A stretch of DNA of 57,497 bases. Source: an uncultured Fimbriimonadales bacterium (GTDB taxonomy: Bacteria; Armatimonadota; Fimbriimonadia; Fimbriimonadales; GBS-DC). Every line of letters starts with the position of its first letter. The first letter of the stretch is position 1. The stretch covers positions 1 to 57,497 of the forward strand of contig CAYVKB010000005.1 of NCBI GenBank assembly GCA_964451985.1. The letters are read 5' to 3'. This document shows, in pieces, positions 30,482-39,425 of this stretch. The notes under the pieces were generated by a model. That model saw nothing but the letters and a program-made list of their open reading frames with translations. It made no database searches and was not told where the DNA came from. Both the position numbers and the translations under genes were made by a program.

Positions 30482-30901
30482 ATGACCACACGCACCTTGA
30501 TTTTCGTGAAGCCCGACGGCGTGCGCCGCGGGTTAGTTGGAGAGATTATTCAGCGATTCGAACGCCGTGGAATTCGTATCGTCGGCTTGAAGATGGTGCA
30601 GCCAACACGCGAACTTGCCGAGCAGCACTACGCCGTGCATCGCGATAAGCCCTTCTTTGAGAGCGTGGTGAACTTTATCACTTCAGGTCCTGTCGTGGCG
30701 ATGGTGTTGGAGTGCCCTAACGCAATCGAAGTGACCCGCCAGATGATGGGTGCGACGAATCCTGCCAACGCTGCGCCGGGCACCATTCGCGGTGACTTCG
30801 GGTTGGATATCGAGCAGAACATCATTCACGGCTCGTCCGACCCCGAAGCCGCCGAGTACGAGTTGAACTTGTGGTTTAAGCCTGAGGAACTTTTAGGCTA
30901 A
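30482..30901 (+). CDS. ndk: Nucleoside-diphosphate kinase
   Basis: [26 protein letters not shown] and [10 protein letters not shown] (catalytic His). Confidence 0.95.
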   Translation: MTTRTLIFVKPDGVRRGLVGEIIQRFERRGIRIVGLKMVQPTRELAEQHYAVHRDKPFFESVVNFITSGPVVAMVLECPNAIEVTRQMMGATNPANAAPGTIRGDFGLDIEQNIIHGSSDPEAAEYELNLWFKPEELLG

Positions 30902-30930
30902 GCGCACCTCTACGAAGATAAAAAACGCCC

Positions 30931-30980
30931 TGTAGGAGTCGTTTGCAATCGCGGATTCGCGACTACAAACGGCTCCTGCA
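30931..30980. terminator. Long compound hairpin between convergent ndk and the lptF/G-like gene
   Basis: TGTAGGAGTCGTTTG pairs with CAAACGGCTCCTGCA (15 bp including 2 G-U pairs). It encloses the inner hairpin TCGCG-gatt-CGCGA. Confidence 0.5.
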
Positions 30981-30987
30981 AGTGGTG

Positions 30988-32079
30988 TCATTCTAATCGT
31001 CGCAGGAGCAATAATCCCCCTAAGCCGAACAGCAAGTTTGGCGACCACGCCGCCAGCATCGGTGGCAGGAATCCGTAGTTGCCCAAAATCTGAAAGAGCA
31101 GTAGCGTGTTCCAAAACACAAACACCAGCACAATCGAGAGCAACACACCCACAAAGCTGCCCGCCCGCGCCAGCAGGAAGCTTAGCACAGGCGCGCACAA
31201 CGCCAGCACTAAGCACGCTGCAGGCACCGCCGCCTTGAGATGATAACTCACCTCCAGCTGGCGCGTATCTAACCCCATCGCCCGATTGCGAGTAATCTGG
31301 TCAGCGAGTTGGCGCATGGTCTGCTCTTCGGGCGTAGGCGCAGTGAAGAAGTCCTGAATCGCCACCTGTAGGTTAATCACCATTCGCGCGGACTGCTGCA
31401 CGTCGGCGACCTTGCCATCCGCCTGATAGTAATGCAATGTCGGCTCATACAGCGTCCACAAGCCGTTGTGATACTCGCCGCGGGGGGCTTTCACCACCAG
31501 CCACTCGTTGGGGGCGCGCCGCTCGAACATCAGCACATCCTCCAGTAGCACCCGCTCGCCCTGCTGCTGCGCCACCCCGATGCCCACCATGTAGTTTTGT
31601 GCTTTAATCAGGGCGTTGCTGGTCAGGTTCGGCACAGGTGCAAGCAAAAAGATGCGGTTGCGCAGCTTATTGAACTGTTGCATCGTGGGCGGAACGAGGT
31701 ACTCGTTCAGCGCGAAGTTCGCAAGAGAAAGCAGCACACCAATCAGCATCATCGGCGCGAATATACGGCGCAAGCTAATCCCTGCCATGCGCAGAATAGT
31801 AATCTCGCTATCGCGCGTGAGGCGGTTCACGGTGAGCGCAGTGCCCACCGCTGCCCCCACCGGCAGGCTCAGCACCAGCAAATACGGCGTGTAATACATC
31901 ACCATCTGCAGCACTGCCGACACAGGTACGCCGTAGTTTAAGAACCAAGGCGCGTAATTGAACAGTAGGTTGCCAATCAGCATCAGCAGGATGGCGAAAA
32001 TGCCAATCCCCAGCGGCGTGAGCATCTCACGAGCGATATAGCGGTCGAGGCGCGTGAACGGGGGCAGCAGACGTATCAT
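30988..32079 (-). CDS. LptF/LptG-family (YjgP/YjgQ) permease
   Basis: MIRLLPPFTRLDRYIAREMLTPLGIGIFAILLMLIGN, six hydrophobic segments and a central periplasmic domain. The ATG at 32079 overlaps the upstream stop (ATGA). Confidence 0.8.
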   Translation of the reverse strand: MIRLLPPFTRLDRYIAREMLTPLGIGIFAILLMLIGNLLFNYAPWFLNYGVPVSAVLQMVMYYTPYLLVLSLPVGAAVGTALTVNRLTRDSEITILRMAGISLRRIFAPMMLIGVLLSLANFALNEYLVPPTMQQFNKLRNRIFLLAPVPNLTSNALIKAQNYMVGIGVAQQQGERVLLEDVLMFERRAPNEWLVVKAPRGEYHNGLWTLYEPTLHYYQADGKVADVQQSARMVINLQVAIQDFFTAPTPEEQTMRQLADQITRNRAMGLDTRQLEVSYHLKAAVPAACLVLALCAPVLSFLLARAGSFVGVLLSIVLVFVFWNTLLLFQILGNYGFLPPMLAAWSPNLLFGLGGLLLLRRLE

Positions 32080-32837
32080 GACGGTTTGCGTAAAATCCAT
32101 GTAATCAGCCCCATCGCGAGGCTAAGCGTGAGCAGGATAGCGAGCAGTGCATTCAGCCCCATCAGTTGCTCACGCCAGAACAGGCTCAGCGCGCCCCCGC
32201 AGGCAGCGATTACCCACACCCAAATCGCGCGATGCGCCAGTTGACGCGGTATCCAGTGTCCTTTGACCATCAGGGGCAGCATGAGCGTGTTGCAGCGGGC
32301 ACAACGCACTTCCCTTGGGGGCTGACGCGCCCCACAGTGCATACACGGTGTGTAGCCCAGCTTCGGATGGTGTTGTAACTCGTCCTCCCACATCTTCAGG
32401 CGTCGTTTCTCGTTGACCGCCATCACAGGAGCCAGCTGAATCGCGTGCTCCAAATGGCACACCGCTTGCTCCAGCAAGCCGTTTTTATAGCATATTTCGG
32501 CGAGGTTAATCAGTGCGCCGAAATTATTTGGGTCGAACTCGTAGGCGCGGCAGGCTCGCTCGATGAGTTCGGCGTCCATCTGCGCGTGTGCGGCGCGGTT
32601 AACATAGGTGCGCAGCAGCGGTAAAGCAATCGCGCCGCCCCCGAGCGTGAGAATCGAGAAAAGCGCAGCATGAGGGAATGTCCCCTGCGCACTCGCAAAC
32701 GATAAAAACAACGCAACCGTTGAACCGACAATCGCCTCCCCCGCCGTGAGCTCACCCGTCACCGCCCAGTTCACCAGAACGAAAATCCACGCCGCGGCGA
32801 GCATCCACACCACCAGAACCGCGAACAACGCCTCCAT
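32076..32837 (-). CDS. Membrane protein with TPR-like segment and zinc ribbon (hypothetical)
   Basis: Three N-terminal TM helices, then AYEFDPNNFGALINLAEICYKNGLLEQAVCHLEHAIQLAP (TPR-like) and CMHCGARQPPREVRCARCNT, then two C-terminal TM helices. Confidence 0.55.
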   Translation of the reverse strand: MEALFAVLVVWMLAAAWIFVLVNWAVTGELTAGEAIVGSTVALFLSFASAQGTFPHAALFSILTLGGGAIALPLLRTYVNRAAHAQMDAELIERACRAYEFDPNNFGALINLAEICYKNGLLEQAVCHLEHAIQLAPVMAVNEKRRLKMWEDELQHHPKLGYTPCMHCGARQPPREVRCARCNTLMLPLMVKGHWIPRQLAHRAIWVWVIAACGGALSLFWREQLMGLNALLAILLTLSLAMGLITWILRKPS

Positions 32838-32874
32838 TTACACAAGATTTTACCTTGCAGTCTTGCCGTACAGG

Positions 32875-32880
32875 TATTCT
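32875..32880 (+). promoter_or_regulatory. -10 box (caGGTATTCT), 6 nt upstream of the psuG ATG (leaderless)
   Basis: The sequence reads caggTATTCTgatagtATG. Confidence 0.4.
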
Positions 32881-32886
32881 GATAGT

Positions 32887-33783
32887 ATGCAAATACGCAC
32901 TCAGAGCTGTGCGCGGGTCGCCTTAGAGTCAGCAGTGGTGACGCACGGACTGCCGTACCCGCAGAATCTGGAGTCGGCGCAGCGTATGCAGCAGGCTGTG
33001 CGCGAATCAGGCGCGGAGCCGTGCATGGTAGCCGTGTTGCAGGGTACGCCCTGCGTGGGCATATCCGCCTCAGAGCTGGAGGCGTTGGCAGAGTACCCCG
33101 CACCATCCAAAATCGCGCTACATAATCTGGGGATTGCGTGTGGAATGCGCCTCACAGGTGGCACCACAGTGGCAGCGACGGCGTATTTGGCGCATAGGGC
33201 AGGAATTGCGGTGATGGCGACAGGCGGCATCGGTGGCGTCCACCGCGAGCGTATCGACGTCAGCGGCGATTTGCCCCTGCTCGCGCGCACGCCCATTCTA
33301 CTTGTGTGTTCTGGAGCGAAGGTAATCCTCGATTTGCCCGCCACACGCGAGTGGCTGGAGACGCACGGTGTGCCTGTCGTGGGCTATCAGATCGACGAGC
33401 TGCCGGGCTTCTACACGCCCCGCACAGGACTGCCCGTGGATGCAACCGTTCACGATGTGGACGCGCTATTGGAACTATGGCAGGCACACCGTACACTGGG
33501 AAGCGCGATGCTGGTCGTGCAACCGCCCCCTGCCGAGTTCGCCCTTCCACGCGTGGAGATGGACGCGATGCTGAACCAAGCCCTTGCCGAGTGCGCTCAG
33601 GCGGGCGTTTCGGGCAACGCAACCACGCCTTGGCTGCTCCAACGACTGGCGGAGCTGAGCAACGGGCGCACGGTGCAGGTGAACCTCGCGCTGCTGGAAG
33701 CCAACGCGCGATTGGCAGGGCAGATTGCTCGTACACTTCAGAAAGGTATACTTTCTTTGCCCGATGGAAACGCTCACGCCTGA
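32887..33783 (+). CDS. psuG: Pseudouridine-5'-phosphate glycosidase
   Basis: ALESAVVTHGLPYPQNLESA, GGTTVAATAYLAHRAGIAVMATGGIGGVHR, VCSGAKVILDLPATREWLET. Confidence 0.85.
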   Translation: MQIRTQSCARVALESAVVTHGLPYPQNLESAQRMQQAVRESGAEPCMVAVLQGTPCVGISASELEALAEYPAPSKIALHNLGIACGMRLTGGTTVAATAYLAHRAGIAVMATGGIGGVHRERIDVSGDLPLLARTPILLVCSGAKVILDLPATREWLETHGVPVVGYQIDELPGFYTPRTGLPVDATVHDVDALLELWQAHRTLGSAMLVVQPPPAEFALPRVEMDAMLNQALAECAQAGVSGNATTPWLLQRLAELSNGRTVQVNLALLEANARLAGQIARTLQKGILSLPDGNAHA

Positions 33784-34000
33784 AGAGGGCTTGATTCTTA
33801 CGCGCCTGATTGAGGAGCTAAAGCAGTATCCATGGCTGCGCCATGCGCTGCTGGAAGCGCTGCAGCTGACCGCACTGCTGGAGATGCCAGCACAACTGGA
33901 CGAGCTGAAACGAATCGTGATGCAGGTGCTGCAACGCCAGTCAGCATTCAGGTGTGCTAGTTGCGCTCGACGGCAAACTCTACAATACATAAGTGTTTGA
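33764..34000 (+). CDS. Small hypothetical protein (78 aa)
   Basis: ATG lies 11 nt after aaGGTATACT (33745-33752). The segment LTRLIEELKQYPWLRHALLEAL...LDELKR resembles the small ORF at 19833-19985. Confidence 0.3.
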   Translation: METLTPEEGLILTRLIEELKQYPWLRHALLEALQLTALLEMPAQLDELKRIVMQVLQRQSAFRCASCARRQTLQYISV

Positions 34001-34051
34001 AACGTAGGCGTAGCAGGGAAACTCGCGCGTCTAACGAACAAGGAGGTTGGT

Positions 34052-35554
34052 ATGCGAAAGACGATAGGGGCGTTGTTGTTGGCAGTGGTATGGGCGGCGG
34101 CGAGCGCACAAACGCCCGCCGCGATGTGGCGATTCTTTGGTAATCCTGCACCCAATAACCCCGCGCTGCCCGGCGTGGGCAAACAGACGATTTACTACCC
34201 ATGCTTGAACCGCCTGTATGCGGTGAACCTCGAAGACGGCACGCTGAAATGGCAATATCCTGCCGACGCACCGTTGAACACCACCATCACCGGGCAGCCG
34301 GTGGAGGGCGACGGGCTGGTCTATATAGGCGCGAGCAACGGCAACGTGCTGGCGCTGGACACGGAAACGGGCGCACTGCGCTGGATTTTCACCGCCGATA
34401 GCGCACCCACCGCACGACCAGTGCTGGAGGACAACGTGCTGTATATCGGCACCGGGCGCGGCGAGGTATACGCCCTCAACGCCCGCAACGGGGAACCCCT
34501 CTGGCGCGAGCCGTACCGCGCGGACGACTTTATCTCAGGCAGACTGGTCAAAGAGGGCGAGACGCTGATGTTCGGCACCAACGGTGGCTTCGTACATGCG
34601 GTGAATACGGCAGGTGGACGACGCCGCTGGCTGTTCCGACTGCCCGCGCCGAACTACGACCCGCAGCCCGTGTTTGCCAACGGAAGTGTGTATGTGACCT
34701 CAAACGATGTCGTAATCGCCCTGAACCCTAACAGCGGTGCGATACGTTGGTCGCGACGGTTCAACACCGAGTTCCGCCTCGCGCCCACCGCCAACGACGA
34801 TTTTATCGCCGTGCTGACTCGCGAGAATCGGCTGTATCTGTTCGACCATCAAGGCAAGATTATTGCGGGCGACCGCGAGCCGATCGAGATGCGCTACGAG
34901 CCGCTGACCGCGCCTGAGATTGTGAATGGCAAGCTGTGGCTGGCGACGCGACGCGGCACAATCCTATGCTACTCGCTGCCTGAGGGCAAACTGGAGTGGC
35001 TCTACACCCTGCGTCCACCGGAGGGGACACTGGATGCCCAGAACCGCCGCATCGCTTACTTGGGGCTGAGCGGCAAACCCGTGTTTATTCCAAACGGCTT
35101 CGTAATAGCAACAGGCGAGGGGAACCTTACGGCTTTTGGCTTCAACTGGATCGACAAAACCCCACCACAAGTGGTTCGTACCACGCCCACCATCGGCGAG
35201 ATACTGTCGGGTCAGCTGCCGCTGGACTTCACCGCCCGCCTACGCGACGACGGGAGCGGCATCAACCCCGCCAGTGTGCAGTGGCTGCTGAACGATGAGC
35301 CGCTTCCTGCCGAGTATGAGCCGTCGCTGGGCGAGCTGACCGTGCAACTGCGCGCAGGCGCCGCCGCGAAACCCCTGCCCGACGGACGCCACACGATGAC
35401 TATCGTCGCTTCCGACTGGGCAGGCAACACAGTGCGCTATGGCTGGGCGATTTACATCGATAATAGCCTACGCCGCGGTCCCGCGCGACCTCAGCAGCAG
35501 CCGGGCGCGCCGGGAGGACGCGGAGGAGGCGGCGGTCGTGGTCCCGACATCTAA
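34052..35554 (+). CDS. Secreted PQQ-like (BamB-type) beta-propeller protein with Ig-like C-terminal domain and RGG-rich tail
   Basis: Signal peptide MRKTIGALLLAVVWAAASA. Repeats LYAVNLEDGTLKWQY, VLALDTETGALRWIF, VYALNARNGEPLWRE, VHAVNTAGGRRRWLF and VIALNPNSGAIRWSR. Tail PGAPGGRGGGGGRGPDI. Confidence 0.8.
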   Translation: MRKTIGALLLAVVWAAASAQTPAAMWRFFGNPAPNNPALPGVGKQTIYYPCLNRLYAVNLEDGTLKWQYPADAPLNTTITGQPVEGDGLVYIGASNGNVLALDTETGALRWIFTADSAPTARPVLEDNVLYIGTGRGEVYALNARNGEPLWREPYRADDFISGRLVKEGETLMFGTNGGFVHAVNTAGGRRRWLFRLPAPNYDPQPVFANGSVYVTSNDVVIALNPNSGAIRWSRRFNTEFRLAPTANDDFIAVLTRENRLYLFDHQGKIIAGDREPIEMRYEPLTAPEIVNGKLWLATRRGTILCYSLPEGKLEWLYTLRPPEGTLDAQNRRIAYLGLSGKPVFIPNGFVIATGEGNLTAFGFNWIDKTPPQVVRTTPTIGEILSGQLPLDFTARLRDDGSGINPASVQWLLNDEPLPAEYEPSLGELTVQLRAGAAAKPLPDGRHTMTIVASDWAGNTVRYGWAIYIDNSLRRGPARPQQQPGAPGGRGGGGGRGPDI

Positions 35555-36314
35555 GCTTACGGCGACGGGAACCCAAACTCCCGTCGCCATCCGCGCTGTC
35601 AACCTCACTAAAGAGTTCAAACTGGCGCATCACGCCTACGCCTCGCTCAAGGGGCTGTTGCTATCGTTCCTGCCCAAACGCGTGGAACGGCTCGTCGCGC
35701 TGCACAATATCAACTTCACGATTCAACAAGGCGAAACCGTCGGGCTAATCGGGCAAAACGGTTCGGGCAAAAGCACGCTGCTGGGTATTATCGCCCGCGT
35801 CTATCGCCCCACTTCTGGCATTATCGAAATTCACGGGCGCGTTGCCCCCCTGCTCGAACTCGGCGCGGGCTTCCATCCTGACCTCACAGGCTTAGAGAAC
35901 ATCTACTTCAACGGCGTGATTTTAGGACTCACGCGCCAACAGGTCGCCGAGCGCATCGAGGCGATTGTGGAGTTCGCCGAGCTACAGGGCTACATCGACG
36001 CGCCCATCCGCACCTACTCGTCAGGAATGCTGATGCGCCTCGGATTCGCTGTCGCTGCGCATGTAGACGCCGATATTCTGCTGGTGGATGAAGTATTAGC
36101 AGTCGGCGACGCGCGGTTCCAACAGAAATGCTACAACAAGATTCAAGAGTTCCAGCGCGAAGGGCGCACGATTCTGTTCGTATCACACGATATGGACGCC
36201 ATTCAGCAAGTGGCGCGGCGGGCAATCTGGCTGGATAAAGGCGTCCTCCGCGCCGACGGCGATGCGCCCAGCGTCGTCAGTGAGTATCTGAGCAGCGTGC
36301 AGCGCGGTTCATAA
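35538..36314 (+). CDS. ABC transporter ATP-binding protein, polysaccharide/teichoic-acid exporter type (Wzt/TagH/KpsT-like)
   Basis: GLIGQNGSGKSTLLGII, LLELGAGFHPDLTGLENI, YSSGMLMRLGFAVA, ILLVDEVLAVGD, LFVSHDM. GTG 35538 follows a GGAGGAGG SD and overlaps the upstream gene by 17 nt. Confidence 0.88.
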   Translation: MVPTSKLTATGTQTPVAIRAVNLTKEFKLAHHAYASLKGLLLSFLPKRVERLVALHNINFTIQQGETVGLIGQNGSGKSTLLGIIARVYRPTSGIIEIHGRVAPLLELGAGFHPDLTGLENIYFNGVILGLTRQQVAERIEAIVEFAELQGYIDAPIRTYSSGMLMRLGFAVAAHVDADILLVDEVLAVGDARFQQKCYNKIQEFQREGRTILFVSHDMDAIQQVARRAIWLDKGVLRADGDAPSVVSEYLSSVQRGS

Positions 36315-36365
36315 CAATTTCTTAACACGAATCGTGTATAATAGACGCTGGAGGCATAAACGCGA

Positions 36366-36725
36366 GTGCGAACTCGGAAGACGACGGTCTCGTTTGTGCA
36401 TCCCAGCGAGGAGGCGTTCGCGCGCCTGTTGGATTACTACAAGATTCGCTGGGAGTATGAACCTCACACTTTCGTGCTACGCACGGATGAAGACGGCAAC
36501 CCCAAAGAGTGTTTTACCCCCGATTTCTACCTGCCTGATTACAACCTCTATGTGGAGTTGACCGTGCGCCGTGCGAACCTGAATCGGCGCAAGCGGCGTA
36601 AAATTGCGCTGTTGCGCGCCCTGCGCCCTGACATCGCCATTAAGCTGATGAGTCCGCGCGACTTCGAGAAGCTGATGGTGAAATACGGTGTGGAGCGCAC
36701 CCCACGCCCCAGCAGTGAGGACTAA
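36366..36725 (+). CDS. Small conserved hypothetical protein with possible PD-(D/E)XK nuclease-like fold
   Basis: FTPDFYLPDYNLYVELT resembles a D...E-x-K/T nuclease core. TATAAT at 36337-36342 and GGAGG SD at 36350-36354. Confidence 0.45.
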   Translation: MRTRKTTVSFVHPSEEAFARLLDYYKIRWEYEPHTFVLRTDEDGNPKECFTPDFYLPDYNLYVELTVRRANLNRRKRRKIALLRALRPDIAIKLMSPRDFEKLMVKYGVERTPRPSSED

Positions 36726-36731
36726 TCCACG

Positions 36732-37532
36732 ATGCGCTACGCCCTGTGCAATGAGGTGCTGCGCCATATGCGCTGGGTGGACGCATGTGCGCTACTTGCC
36801 GAAGCAGGCTATGAGGGTGTGGAACTTGCCCCGTTCACCTTCGCCGAGCGTGTGGAGCAGTTGGACGCCCATGCCCGTGCTGACATTCGCCATACTGCCG
36901 AGCAACATGGCTTGACCATCGTGGGGCTACATATGCTGCTCTGGTCGCCTACAGGTTTACACGCGACGCACCCCGACTCAGCAGTTCGTCAGGCGACAGC
37001 GGCGTATCTGGCGGAGTTAGCTCGCTTCTGCGCCGATGTTGGGGGGCAGGTGATGGTGTTTGGCTCACCCAAGCAGCGCGAGGCAATCCCTCCACTCACG
37101 CCCTCCGAAGCAGCACAACTCTGGCTGGAGACGCTGCAGCCCGCCTTACAGATATGCGAGCAGGAAGGGATTACGCTACTGCTGGAGCCACTACCTGAAA
37201 CGAATGTCGTGCAGAGGTTGGAAGAGGCGGCCGCGCTGGTGCAACAGGCGAACCTACCGCACCTGCGCACGATGCTCGATGTGAAAAGCGCGCTTGCCGA
37301 GACCACCGATGTGCCCACGCTGATACGCCAATATGCGCCGTATATCACACACGTGCATCTGAACGACTCGAACCTGCGCGCACCGGGCTACGGCGAGACC
37401 GACTTCGCGCCGATTCTGCAAGTCCTGCACGAAGTAGGCTACCGCGGCTGGGCATCGTTGGAGCCGTTCGATTACTACCCCGACCCTGAAACCCTCACGC
37501 GCGAGGCGCTCAGATATCTGCGCAGCCTCTAA
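36732..37532 (+). CDS. Sugar phosphate isomerase/epimerase (xylose-isomerase-like TIM barrel)
   Basis: EAGYEGVELAPFTF..., LLLEPLPETNVV, HVHLNDSN, ASLEPFDY. Confidence 0.8.
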   Translation: MRYALCNEVLRHMRWVDACALLAEAGYEGVELAPFTFAERVEQLDAHARADIRHTAEQHGLTIVGLHMLLWSPTGLHATHPDSAVRQATAAYLAELARFCADVGGQVMVFGSPKQREAIPPLTPSEAAQLWLETLQPALQICEQEGITLLLEPLPETNVVQRLEEAAALVQQANLPHLRTMLDVKSALAETTDVPTLIRQYAPYITHVHLNDSNLRAPGYGETDFAPILQVLHEVGYRGWASLEPFDYYPDPETLTREALRYLRSL

Positions 37533-37595
37533 GCGCAGCACAGATATTCCTGTCCTTGCAGACGCAGCCAATCAACTCTGATGTAATTGCCCTAC

Positions 37596-37619
37596 AGCGT
37601 GGACACGGTTGTCCGTGCT
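37596..37619. terminator. AGCGTGGACA-cggt-TGTCCGTGCT hairpin overlapping the lexA stop codon
   Basis: 10-bp stem (2 G-U pairs). The minus strand reads GTAGCACGGACA starting at the lexA TAG, identical to the 12-mer at the aroA stop. Confidence 0.45.
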
Positions 37620-38253
37620 ACACGCCCATTTGTCCGTAGTCGCGCAGCAACCCAATCACCTTGCCAATCACGCGGGCATCCTCAATCGGGGCGTAAATCG
37701 GCTCGTAGGCGGGATTGGCGGCTTCGAGGCGCACCTGCCCACGCTCAAAGAAGATACGCTTAATCGTCGCCTCTTCGCCAATCAGCACCGCCACCAGCTC
37801 GCCGTTGTAGGCGGTCTGCTGCGGCTTAATCACCACCAAATCGCGCGGCAGGATGTGCTCGCCCACCATACTATCGCCTTTGACGCGCAGTAGGAAGGCG
37901 TTCTCTACACTGCGCACCATGTCGGCAGGCACGGGAATCAGGTCTTCCACATTCTCGTGCGCCAGAATTGGTGTGCCAGCGGCGATTGTACCGACCAGTG
38001 GCAGCATACGCACGCGCTCACGGTCGGGCTGATAGTCGGGATGAATGACCCGTATCGATCGCGCCTGATTGCCGCGCTCGATATAGCCTTTGCGTTGAAG
38101 CGCGTCCAAATGCAAAGTGATTCCGCGCAGGCTCCTAATAACGCCGATGCCCTGCTGAATCTCGCGAATGGTCGGCGGGTAGCCGTGTTCCCGCGTGAAC
38201 TGCACGATAAACTGCAGTATCGCCCGTTGCGGTTTGGTTAATGCTTTCGCCAT
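37618..38253 (-). CDS. lexA: LexA repressor
   Basis: wHTH LTKPQRAILQFIVQFTREHGYPPTIREI, cleavage site VGTIAAGTP, VKGDSMVG (Ser) and ATIKRI (Lys). AGGAGG SD upstream of ATG 38253. Confidence 0.92.
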   Translation of the reverse strand: MAKALTKPQRAILQFIVQFTREHGYPPTIREIQQGIGVIRSLRGITLHLDALQRKGYIERGNQARSIRVIHPDYQPDRERVRMLPLVGTIAAGTPILAHENVEDLIPVPADMVRSVENAFLLRVKGDSMVGEHILPRDLVVIKPQQTAYNGELVAVLIGEEATIKRIFFERGQVRLEAANPAYEPIYAPIEDARVIGKVIGLLRDYGQMGV

Positions 38254-38334
38254 CGTTGCCTCCTGTTGGGGGGAGGGGGAGGAACCCTCCCCGTTGCTCC
38301 GCTCGGAACAGCCTATGAAACGGCGACTCACGCC

Positions 38335-38352
38335 GTGTAGAATATTGTACAC
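38335..38352. promoter_or_regulatory. Candidate LexA operator: 18-bp near-perfect palindrome overlapping the lexA -10 box
   Basis: GTGTAGAATATTGTACAC (16/18 self-complementary; TGTA-N8-TACA core). The minus strand contains TACAAT. It lies 82 nt upstream of the lexA ATG. Confidence 0.45.
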
Positions 38353-38517
38353 TATCATTTGTCTACAAGTCAAGGGGGGGGTATGAGATTGTTGCTGCAT
38401 AACGACTCCTATCACTTGAGGCGATTCTATCTTACAAAACCTTTTCTCGACCCGTGCGTCAAAATTCGCAGGTATACTTAAGGAAGCGCACCATGCGCTG
38501 ATGCAGGAGGCAGACCT

Positions 38518-39414
38518 ATGAAGAGAGTCGCGAGTTTACTGGCAGTATGCGTACTAGCGAGCGCCGTGTGGGCGCAAGACGCCGCAACGATGCAGTTTAA
38601 ATTCTCTGAGAAGCAACGCGAGCTGTTCGACGCCACCGTGGAGCTGAACGGCAACCTCCCCATTCCAGGCGCGTCGGGCATGGCAGGCACGCTGAAACTG
38701 ATTATGACCCTGTTTATGGAAGTGAACAAAGTGGAAGACGGCGGCAAGGCGACCGTTAAGACCGGCTTGGAAGCCTTCGACGCTGAGTTCAACGGACAGC
38801 CGTTTCCTGTAGGACTGGATATGGCGCGCGGCGTGATTCCTGATTCCACTGCCGTCGTCCACCCTGATGGCAAACTTAGCGGAATGCAGGCGGGCGGCGG
38901 GCTGATGGGCTTCCAGCTACCCGGTTTCGATCCACGCAACATGGCCACGCTACTGTTCCCCACCGAGCTGCCCGGTAAGCCCCTGACCAACGGCATGACA
39001 TGGCAGTTCACCCGCGTGATGGGCGCAGGCGACGACGCGCTCAAAATCCCCATGAATGCCCGCTACGAGGGGATGGAAGAGTATAACGGTATGAAGCTAC
39101 ACAAGGTCATCCAAACCTTCGAGCAGAACATCGAGTCCTATCAGGACGCCTTCTATCAGCCCACCACCGATAAAGACGCTGCCGTGCGCGTCACGAAGGG
39201 CTTGATGAAGGGGACGATGACCATGTGGTACTGCCCTGAGACTGGACTGGTACAGCGCATGACGATGCAAGCCAGCCTGAACCAGACCACCGAGCCGATT
39301 AAGAAGGACGGCTCGCCTGTGCAAGACTTTGAGCGCGAGAGCAACGAGGTCAAACTCAACGCCACACTCACGCGCAGGCAAGCGAAGCAGGACAACGCGA
39401 CCTCGAGCAACTAA
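38518..39414 (+). CDS. Secreted Met-rich hypothetical protein
   Basis: Signal peptide MKRVASLLAVCVLASAVWA. 19 Met in 298 aa by hand count, many in G-M contexts. GGAGG SD at 38506-38510. Confidence 0.6.
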   Translation: MKRVASLLAVCVLASAVWAQDAATMQFKFSEKQRELFDATVELNGNLPIPGASGMAGTLKLIMTLFMEVNKVEDGGKATVKTGLEAFDAEFNGQPFPVGLDMARGVIPDSTAVVHPDGKLSGMQAGGGLMGFQLPGFDPRNMATLLFPTELPGKPLTNGMTWQFTRVMGAGDDALKIPMNARYEGMEEYNGMKLHKVIQTFEQNIESYQDAFYQPTTDKDAAVRVTKGLMKGTMTMWYCPETGLVQRMTMQASLNQTTEPIKKDGSPVQDFERESNEVKLNATLTRRQAKQDNATSSN

Positions 39415-39425
39415 TACTTGTATCG

